From Pseudothermotoga sp. (GTDB lineage Bacteria > Thermotogota > Thermotogae > Thermotogales > DSM-5069): a stretch of 64,000 bases of DNA. The stretch lies in the NCBI GenBank assembly GCA_031962025.1, contig JAVRKW010000002.1; one strand, written 5' to 3'. Under the pieces are notes generated by a model, which was given only the letters and a program-made list of their open reading frames with translations, ran no database searches and was not told the DNA's origin. Positions 56,181 to 64,000 of this stretch are shown here, one piece after another. The first letter of the stretch is position 1, and each line of letters starts with the position of its first letter. The position numbers were made by a program, and so were the translations under genes.

Positions 56181-57896
56181 ATGCTTACAAAGATCATTGA
56201 AATTGGACGATTGATGAGGCCACCAGATCTATACCGAAATTTTGCAAAACAGATAAGCAAGAAAAACGGGCTGGCTTTGCTTGTCAGTTTGAACCCAGTC
56301 GAATACAAAGGCATCAAGGTTATCGAAACTCCAGGACCAGATCAAGTACATCTACTTCTGTACTGTGATCAGGGCGGACAGGTCTCTGGAAAATCACCAA
56401 CAGTGAATCTAAAAGCAAATGTCAAAGAAGCAAAAGATCTGCAAGAAAATATCCAAAAAACTTTTCGCAAATTCAAGAGATTTTTTGAAGAAAGCGAGAA
56501 AACAAAAGATTTTAACAAATTGTTAGAAGATAACGAGCAAAAAATAATTCAAGACATCGAAAAAACCGTTCAAAGCCTGAATACGAAGGAAAAGGATACC
56601 TATCTAACTATTATCGTTCTCAAAGATGGCAGTGAACTCAAACCAGCAGAATTCGAATCTTTCAGAGAACTGTTTGTAGAAAAAGCTCTCAAAAGAACCG
56701 TTGAAAATGGGAGTGAAGGTGTCTGCCATTTCTGTGGTGAAAAAAAGGTTGTCTCTGCAACTGTGAACGAGGTTTTTAAATTCGCGACCTTTGACAAACC
56801 CGGATTCTGCCCGAGTTTGAAAAAAGAGAACGCCTTAAAAGTTCTGCCAATCTGCGAAGAGTGCAAAACAAACCTGCAAAATGGTGCAAATATTCTTACC
56901 TCAGATCTTGCATTCAATTTTCTTGGAAACAGGCTCTGGTTGATACCTTCACTGATACATCAGGACGATTACATTCTCAAACGCGTGATCAACAAAATCA
57001 AAGACGCATCAAATGAATTGAAAGATTTTGCCAGCAAAGAGAAAGAAATCGAAAGGGCTTTGAGCGATGAGGACCAGGTTGTTCACTATGATTTTCTTTT
57101 CATCCAGATAAATCAGAGCCAGCAGAGAATAGAACTTCACCTGACGGAAATTTCACCAACAAGGCTCAGATTGTTAGTTAATGCCGCACAGGAAGCAACA
57201 AATAGAGTCGGTATAGAAAATCTCGCCCAGCCGAGTTTTGGTTTACTGTGGGATTTATATGAAAAACCATCATCAAGTAGCGAAGCAAGGAAAGATTATC
57301 TTCAGCTGGTGAGATCAATTTTCTATGCAGAATATTACAATCCAAAAAGATTTCTCTGGTACTGCTTGAGAAAAATAAGAAAGGAAATACAGGATTATGA
57401 ATCAAAATGGCGCAAACTCACCTACACGGCTTTCGCAAGCATTTTGTATTTAAACCAGATAGGAGTTTTCAACTTCAGAAAGGGGGAAGGCTTGGTGGAT
57501 AACAACGAATTGAACGAGTTTTTCGGCAAGTACCCGGAATTTTTCAACGAGTCATGGAAAAAAGCAGTCTTTCTGACAGGAGTGCTTGCAGGAAAAGTCT
57601 TATCGATTCAGTATGTTAAAAGAAAAGCTGTCCCGTTTTTCAAAAAACTGAAGGGGCTAAAAATGAACATGCAGGACATCCAGAGCCTTTTGGCAGAAAT
57701 CCGGAACAAGCTCCAGCAATATGACAGCTACGGACAGAGAGTTGATTTTCTCATGAAATGCGCCGCTCAATATTACTTAGAATCTGCCAAGCAGAATGCC
57801 AGCATTGATGAACTGAATTTTGTTTTCACACTTGGTCTGGCTTATTCAAACAAAGAACCTTTCAAAGTCGAGGAGGTTGAGGAAAATGAAGAATAG
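56181..57896 (+). CDS. cas8b: Type I-B large subunit Cas8b (TM1802/Csh1-like)
   Basis: CHFC and CEEC zinc motifs, FATFDKPGF, C-terminal FLTGVL..Y..FVFTLG Cas11-like segment. Precedes cas7. Confidence 0.85.
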   Translation: MLTKIIEIGRLMRPPDLYRNFAKQISKKNGLALLVSLNPVEYKGIKVIETPGPDQVHLLLYCDQGGQVSGKSPTVNLKANVKEAKDLQENIQKTFRKFKRFFEESEKTKDFNKLLEDNEQKIIQDIEKTVQSLNTKEKDTYLTIIVLKDGSELKPAEFESFRELFVEKALKRTVENGSEGVCHFCGEKKVVSATVNEVFKFATFDKPGFCPSLKKENALKVLPICEECKTNLQNGANILTSDLAFNFLGNRLWLIPSLIHQDDYILKRVINKIKDASNELKDFASKEKEIERALSDEDQVVHYDFLFIQINQSQQRIELHLTEISPTRLRLLVNAAQEATNRVGIENLAQPSFGLLWDLYEKPSSSSEARKDYLQLVRSIFYAEYYNPKRFLWYCLRKIRKEIQDYESKWRKLTYTAFASILYLNQIGVFNFRKGEGLVDNNELNEFFGKYPEFFNESWKKAVFLTGVLAGKVLSIQYVKRKAVPFFKKLKGLKMNMQDIQSLLAEIRNKLQQYDSYGQRVDFLMKCAAQYYLESAKQNASIDELNFVFTLGLAYSNKEPFKVEEVEENEE

Positions 57897-58785
57897 GTCT
57901 GAAATTTTGTTTCTGTACGATGTCAAATGGGCGAATCCAAATGGAGATCCACTGGATGAAAACAAACCAAGAATCGATGAAGAAACAGAAAAATGCATCG
58001 TGAGTGATGTCAGACTCAAAAGAACGATCAGAGATGAATGGCAATCCTGGGGTGAAACAATATGGGTATCTGGTGAAGCAGTTGATCCAAACAAACGCCG
58101 TGAAGAACTTGGAATCACAAAAAAAGAAGACGCACTGAAATGCATAGATGTCAGACTATTTGGTGCTGTGATTCCGATTTCAAAACAGGGCGACACATCT
58201 TACACAGGACCGGTACAGTTCAGACCAGGCACCTCCTTACATGCAGTAAAGGTTGTTTTTCAGCAGGGAACGGCAGCATTCACAAGCCAAGCTGGAGCGC
58301 AACAAAGAAGCTTCAGAGAAGAATACCTATTACCCTATGCCCTGATATGCTTTTACGGTGTTGCAAATGAAAACACAGCGAAGATAACCAATGCAACTGA
58401 AGAAGATGTTCAAAAGCTTCTCAAAGCCATGTGGAATGGCACAAAGAACCTGATCACTCGCTCAAAAATGGAGCACAATCCAAGACTACTGATGAGAATT
58501 GTTTACAAAGAAGGTATCAACTACCACATAGGTGAACTGGATTCGTATATAAAACTTCAAACTAACCTTGAAGAAAAAAGCATCAGGGACATATCGGAAA
58601 TAGCGGTTGAAATAGAAATGCTTTTAGAGAAAATAAACCAGAACAAAGAAAAAATAGAAAAGATCGAATACAGGCAGGATGAAAGATTGAAACTTGTCAA
58701 AAACGGTGAACCGGTAGATCTCAAAGAAACGCTATCGAAAATGAACATTCAGGCAGTGATTTGCCATGAAAGTACTGGTCTTTGA
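57886..58785 (+). CDS. cas7: Type I-B Cas7 (Csh2-like)
   Basis: EILFLYDV..NPNGDPLDENKPR, SDVRLKRTIRD, DVRLFGA, TGPVQF, TRSK. Confidence 0.93.
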   Translation: MKNRSEILFLYDVKWANPNGDPLDENKPRIDEETEKCIVSDVRLKRTIRDEWQSWGETIWVSGEAVDPNKRREELGITKKEDALKCIDVRLFGAVIPISKQGDTSYTGPVQFRPGTSLHAVKVVFQQGTAAFTSQAGAQQRSFREEYLLPYALICFYGVANENTAKITNATEEDVQKLLKAMWNGTKNLITRSKMEHNPRLLMRIVYKEGINYHIGELDSYIKLQTNLEEKSIRDISEIAVEIEMLLEKINQNKEKIEKIEYRQDERLKLVKNGEPVDLKETLSKMNIQAVICHESTGL

Positions 58786-59461
58786 TGTATTTGGAAAATA
58801 TGCACTATTCAGAAGAAGCTACACCACGACCAGCTCAACGTCCTACTGCTTTCCGCCAAGAACCGCTATATGCGGCTTGCTGGGTGCCATTCTTGGAATT
58901 GAAAACAAATCAAGCGCCAGCAGTGAGCACCTGAGAATTTTTGACATAGCTCATATCGCTGTAAGGGTAATGAATCCGATTAGAAAAATCAATTTAGCCA
59001 CAAACTACCTGGACACCAGACCAGGTCACAATCAAAGAACACAGATCCTCTTAGAATTGATAAAAGATCCAGTTTACAGAATATACATATCAGAGTTCGA
59101 AAAATTCGAACAACTCAAATATCATTTACAGAACAAACTGAGTGTCTTCACACCTTATCTTGGTCAGGCACAGATGATCGTGGACTTCAAATACGTCGGA
59201 GTGTTTGAAGCAATCCCAGCAACATTGCCAGTAGATCTAAACACGATAATAAAAGTCACACAGGGCATAAAGGTGATTCCACAAAGCGAACAGGTACTGA
59301 TCAAAGAAAGAATGGTACTAAACATGGACGATGAACGAAGACCAACGGCTTTTATTTCTTACTGGGTTGAAAAAAATGCAAAACCAATCAAAATATTGCA
59401 GTATGCAGAACCAATTTACACCATAAACGAGCTGGGAGAAAACATATGCTGGATGGACTGA
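58766..59461 (+). CDS. cas5: Type I-B Cas5
   Basis: VFDVFGKYALFRR.YTTTSS.SY.FPPRTA..GLLGAILG, PYLG. Confidence 0.93.
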   Translation: MKVLVFDVFGKYALFRRSYTTTSSTSYCFPPRTAICGLLGAILGIENKSSASSEHLRIFDIAHIAVRVMNPIRKINLATNYLDTRPGHNQRTQILLELIKDPVYRIYISEFEKFEQLKYHLQNKLSVFTPYLGQAQMIVDFKYVGVFEAIPATLPVDLNTIIKVTQGIKVIPQSEQVLIKERMVLNMDDERRPTAFISYWVEKNAKPIKILQYAEPIYTINELGENICWMD

Positions 59462-61686
59462 AATCTCATCCTGACAGATCACTACAAGATCATCTTTTGG
59501 GTACAGCAAAAAGAGCTTTAGAAAAAGCCGAAAGGATACGCTGGGAACCATTTGAAATGGAAAAAGAAAAAGCCTTAAAATTGGTCGAGCTTTGTTCACT
59601 ATGCCATGACTTTGCAAAAGCAACTATGGAATTTCAAAATTACATCCTTCATTCTGAAAAGGGGCGCACGACACACGCCCCTCTTTCCTCTTTGATAGCC
59701 TATGATATTCTGGTAAAATCTGGATTCGATACTAAACTTGCCAGCTTTGGATACTTTGTAATCAGAAATCATCATGAAAATCTCAGAAATTTTGAATTTG
59801 TAGACGAAAACCTGAACCAGCTAAAAAACCAGTTCCAGTCTATCCCAAAAACTTTCATCAAATGGTTTGAATCAAAGATAAACATTGAACTACCCAAACC
59901 ACAGGACATAGAAAAAATTCATGAAAAAGCAGCCAAACAAATCGCAAAACTGACATTCAGCACTGATTTTACATTGAAAGATTATATCCTGTTGCATACA
60001 CTGATGTCGATCCTGACAAGCTCTGATCACGAAGATGCAGCATTAAAAGATCTGGTTGTAAAAACAACCCCGAAACTAACAATAGAACTGGTTGAAGATT
60101 ACACAAAAAAGATTCCAAAAGACAACCCGCTTTATTCATTGCGACAGCAATTTCACCAGGAGATTGACCGTTCGATTAAAGAAGTCAACGACAGAATTCT
60201 ATCTATCACAGCACCGACCGGTCTGGGAAAAACACTGGCAAACATAAAAATAGCTCTTTCAAGGGCAGACGAAAACTCAGTGATAGTCTATGCACTGCCA
60301 TTTATAAACATAATAGATCAGACAACCGAGTTACTGGATAAAATCCTTGAAAACACCGACTACGATGCCACCACTGTACTTCCATACCATCACTTGGCTG
60401 ATTATGAATATTTAAAGAAAAGCTATGAACAGCCTTCGATACAACGAGTTCTTGTCGAAAACTGGCAATCACAAATAGTAGTAACAACCTTTGTCGCTTT
60501 GTTCGAGTCGATTTTTACAAACAAAAGAGTGCCATTCTTTTATAAACTCTTGAATTCAGTAATCATTCTGGACGAAGTACAATCGATACCGCACAAATAT
60601 TGGGAACCAATTTCACAGATCCTAAACCAGTTAACACAGTTCAATACAACTGTAATTCTGTCAACAGCAACTCAGCCGATGATGCTGAAAAACACTGTAA
60701 ACATCGTTAAAAACAACTACAGCGACAAACTAAACAGAACAAAAATACATTTTCATGGAGACATAAAATACACAGAATTCTTTGAAATCGTTGAAACAAC
60801 TGCAAGAGAAACATTGAAAGAAAACAAAAAATTGCTGGTAATAGTCAACACCATCAAAGAATCAAAAGAACTCTTCAAACATCTGTATGAAAAACTCAAG
60901 CATAAAAACCTGTTCTATCTTTCATCCAACGTCATCCCAAAACATAGAATGGAAAGAATAAGAAAACTCAAACAGATCCAGACCGAGCCAGCTGTGTGTG
61001 TAAGCACTCAGGTGATTGAAGCCGGAATAGACATATCCTTTCACAAAGTGATCCGAGACTACGCACCACTGGACAGTATAATACAGGCATCTGGCAGATG
61101 TAACAGGACAATGGAAAATCAACTTGGAGAGGTGCATATATACAGAGTCATAGAAGAAGAAAACAACAGAAGCCTTGCATCACGTGTGTATGATTCATTT
61201 TTATTAAACATAACGAAAGATGTGATCTTGGAAAAAGAAATATATGAAGAACGGGATTTTCAAAATCTGGTGAACAGGTACTTTCAATCAATCACAGTTA
61301 GAGGTAACACAGACAAGGAAAATTTGCTAGAACTCATAAAATCTCTTTCATTCGATGAAATTATCACTCGATTTCATCTGATTGAGGAAAAATACCAAAC
61401 TGTGACTATCTTTGTTGAATACGATGATCACGCAGTAAAGCTAAGAGAAGAACTTAACAGAATCATCAAAAGCAGCAACCTTGAAAAATTCGAAAAATTG
61501 GCAAAGATCAAGAAACTGATGCGCCAAATGGCTATGTATATGATAAGTGTCCCCATACAGAAGCAAGAACTAAATGGACCTTTGATAATTGAAAACAGCT
61601 TTGTAATTATAACAAAAGACAATCTGAAATACTGGTATGATGAGCTAACCGGTTTTGAGAGAAATGTAGCAACAATGATCATCTGA
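59446..61686 (+). CDS. cas3: Cas3 HD nuclease-helicase
   Basis: SHP..L.DH, HDFAK, APTGLGKT, DEVQ, STATQP, STQVIEAGIDI, QASGRCNR. Confidence 0.95.
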   Translation: MLDGLKSHPDRSLQDHLLGTAKRALEKAERIRWEPFEMEKEKALKLVELCSLCHDFAKATMEFQNYILHSEKGRTTHAPLSSLIAYDILVKSGFDTKLASFGYFVIRNHHENLRNFEFVDENLNQLKNQFQSIPKTFIKWFESKINIELPKPQDIEKIHEKAAKQIAKLTFSTDFTLKDYILLHTLMSILTSSDHEDAALKDLVVKTTPKLTIELVEDYTKKIPKDNPLYSLRQQFHQEIDRSIKEVNDRILSITAPTGLGKTLANIKIALSRADENSVIVYALPFINIIDQTTELLDKILENTDYDATTVLPYHHLADYEYLKKSYEQPSIQRVLVENWQSQIVVTTFVALFESIFTNKRVPFFYKLLNSVIILDEVQSIPHKYWEPISQILNQLTQFNTTVILSTATQPMMLKNTVNIVKNNYSDKLNRTKIHFHGDIKYTEFFEIVETTARETLKENKKLLVIVNTIKESKELFKHLYEKLKHKNLFYLSSNVIPKHRMERIRKLKQIQTEPAVCVSTQVIEAGIDISFHKVIRDYAPLDSIIQASGRCNRTMENQLGEVHIYRVIEEENNRSLASRVYDSFLLNITKDVILEKEIYEERDFQNLVNRYFQSITVRGNTDKENLLELIKSLSFDEIITRFHLIEEKYQTVTIFVEYDDHAVKLREELNRIIKSSNLEKFEKLAKIKKLMRQMAMYMISVPIQKQELNGPLIIENSFVIITKDNLKYWYDELTGFERNVATMII

Positions 61687-62113
61687 ACATAGATCTCATG
61701 CTGTGTAATAACAAATTAATAGTGAAGTAATATATTACCACTGAACCTCGTACTCTTTTAAGATTGTGCCTTTTGATAAAGAAAAAAACGATAAAATGTT
61801 AGATTAATTATTACTTGTGAAATATCGTGATTTTTCTTGCAATAAATGTCATTATAATGTTTTTCTATAGTTGAAAACACAAAGTTTGTGAATTTTCACA
61901 ATATACTACGTTTTATGTTAACAAAAAATCGAAAAACAGCTTGATTGAACGCAAACCCAAGATAAATGAAAAACATAGGGGGGTTTTTCAGCCAGATCAG
62001 AAATGCTGTAACCCTGAAATCACGCAGGATAAAATTCAGTCAAACATAACAAAAATGGAAACATGTTGACAACTACCCACATAAAGGGTTAAGATCTATA
62101 TTGAAAGATATGG
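61687..62113 (+). promoter_or_regulatory. CRISPR leader with a candidate array promoter
   Basis: AT-rich non-coding stretch; inverted motif AAACCC (61953-61958)..GGGTTT (61981-61986); TTGACA (62066-62071)-18 bp-TAAGAT (62090-62095). Confidence 0.75.
62033..62062 (+). repeat. Degenerate CRISPR repeat copy inside the leader
   Basis: AATTCAGTCAAACATAACAAAAATGGAAAC matches the repeat at 21/30 positions without gaps, last 9 nt identical. Confidence 0.65.
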
Positions 62114-64000
62114 GTTTCAATCGAATCTAAGAGGAATGGAAACCTCTTTTGGTGCAGTTTTGCGATATCGACATCGCAAGTTTCAATCGAATCTAAGAGG
62201 AATGGAAACATGCAGTAACAGCTGATTGTATAGCAGCTGGAGCAGGTTTCAATCGAATCTAAGAGGAATGGAAACCTGCACTTGTCAGTATACCAATTGC
62301 AAGTTTTTCCAGTTTCAATCGAATCTAAGAGGAATGGAAACTAAGATTGCAGTTTATTTGTATCACTACGGTACAAAGTTTCAATCGAATCTAAGAGGAA
62401 TGGAAACAACCAAATCTCTGCATCCTCATCCAATGCAATATTAGTTTCAATCGAATCTAAGAGGAATGGAAACATTTTTCGATAAGTTTTACTAATGTTT
62501 CTTTCATACGTTTCAATCGAATCTAAGAGGAATGGAAACATGTAAATCTTTTTTAATTCCATCCTTCACCCCTCCATTGTTTCAATCGAATCTAAGAGGA
62601 ATGGAAACCATCCCCTTTCCTGCAATGATGAGCAGACTGGTACTTTTCAATCGAATCTAAGAGGAATGGAAACATGGGTATCTCGATAACCGCATAAAAA
62701 TAAATATCGGTTTCAATCGAATCTAAGAGGAATGGAAACCACATTCTGGGATCTGGTAAGGTTAGCCAAGAGTAATGTTTCAATCGAATCTAAGAGGAAT
62801 GGAAACTATTTTGTATGAAAGTGGTGGGGGATGTACCAATACGTTTCAATCGAATCTAAGAGGAATGGAAACTTCGGGAACTTTTGACACAATAAAATAA
62901 TAATTAAGTTTCAATCGAATCTAAGAGGAATGGAAACGTAGATCAAAAATTCACGAATATCCCCATCGTTCCCAGTTTCAATCGAATCTAAGAGGAATGG
63001 AAACAATTTAATACCAACACCATCATTAATTGTTCCAATAGTTTCAATCGAATCTAAGAGGAATGGAAACATATGAACATACTCGGTAATGTCGACTTTA
63101 AAAATAGTTTCAATCGAATCTAAGAGGAATGGAAACCAAAGATGGTAAAGAGATTGGTGTTGTAGGTGTTGGTTTCAATCGAATCTAAGAGGAATGGAAA
63201 CCTGCAAATTAGCTTGATACTGTGCAAGTTCATTTTTAGTTTCAATCGAATCTAAGAGGAATGGAAACACTCGAAGTACATACATGGCTTGATCCATTTG
63301 TCATGTTTCAATCGAATCTAAGAGGAATGGAAACACAGCTGCTGGTGTTATGCAGATTACAAAAGACACAGGTTTCAATCGAATCTAAGAGGAATGGAAA
63401 CTAGTTATTGCTGCAATGGACTATATTTATATATCCAGTTTCAATCGAATCTAAGAGGAATGGAAACGATTCCTGTATCAACAGGTTACTTATCATCTTA
63501 TCTAGTTTCAATCGAATCTAAGAGGAATGGAAACTCTCGGCACACAAAAAGAAAAAGCGATCGCATGTCGGTTTCAATCGAATCTAAGAGGAATGGAAAC
63601 CTATGCAATGAATTCACTTATTTCAAGTCTTCTTATCGTTTCAATCGAATCTAAGAGGAATGGAAACAAATAAACCTTCTGATCTTTGATCTTTTTGAAA
63701 ACTGTTTCAATCGAATCTAAGAGGAATGGAAACTTTAAACACAATCTGCCTTCCCTTTCACGCAAAAAGGTTTCAATCGAATCTAAGAGGAATGGAAACA
63801 TCCCTTCGATTTCACCGTATACCTCAAATGATTTCTCGTTTCAATCGAATCTAAGAGGAATGGAAACCTATCCTAACTAACTTTATAATCTTAAAAACGC
63901 CGTAGTTTCAATCGAATCTAAGAGGAATGGAAACCCAAGTTCAAAAAGATTACAGTACTCAGACAAAACGGTTTCAATCGAATCTAAGAGGAATGGAAAC
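62114..64000 (+). CRISPR. CRISPR array: 29 repeats and 28 spacers (35-39 bp) in the window, probably continuing beyond it
   Basis: 30-bp repeat GTTTCAATCGAATCTAAGAGGAATGGAAAC counted by hand. One G1T variant at 62644. Confidence 0.98.

Noticed and set aside
62226..63880. ORFs with repeated FQSNLRGMET or FPFLLDSIET peptides
   Set aside because: Translations of CRISPR repeats.
62144..63970. Self-targeting or duplicated spacers
   Set aside because: None seen by eye; spacers 3 and 17 share only short words. An exhaustive alignment was not possible.

Overview
Mostly core-genome DNA from a Thermotogota bacterium, probably of the Pseudothermotoga/Thermotoga lineage (inferred from the ferredoxin, DnaA, rRNA and gene order). 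From left to right: cobamide-completion genes (cbiB partial, cobD-like, cbiP), moaA-moaC-MOSC and an esterase. Next are a minus-strand sugar ABC operon (SorC-type regulator, PfkB, FGGY kinase, class II aldolase) behind a 31-bp palindromic operator, phoB/phoR divergent from pstSCAB-phoU, and an Opp/Dpp ABC system. A minus-strand rRNA operon (16S, tRNA-Ile, tRNA-Ala, 23S, 5S) follows; its 23S gene is split at E. coli position 1917 by a 777-bp group I intron encoding a LAGLIDADG homing endonuclease. Then come liv ABC, ltaE, a long minus-strand run (SYLF, uvrB, IMPase, two deoxynucleoside kinases, RodZ-like, DUF4416, rimO, pgsA, thpR, recA, recX, rny), ferredoxin, dnaA, an HD-GYP gene and an H-NOX chemoreceptor. 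The window ends with an unannotated 54-aa zinc-ribbon ORF, a BtpA-like relic, and a type I-B CRISPR-Cas locus with permuted gene order plus an array of at least 29 repeats that runs off the window end. The most interesting signals are a degenerate repeat in the CRISPR leader abutting the array promoter, an apparent RBS-masking RNA switch and homing-site mimic inside the intron, the candidate ketohexose pathway with its operator, and the O2-type H-NOX/HD-GYP pair. All calls come from manual reading; no database searches were run.
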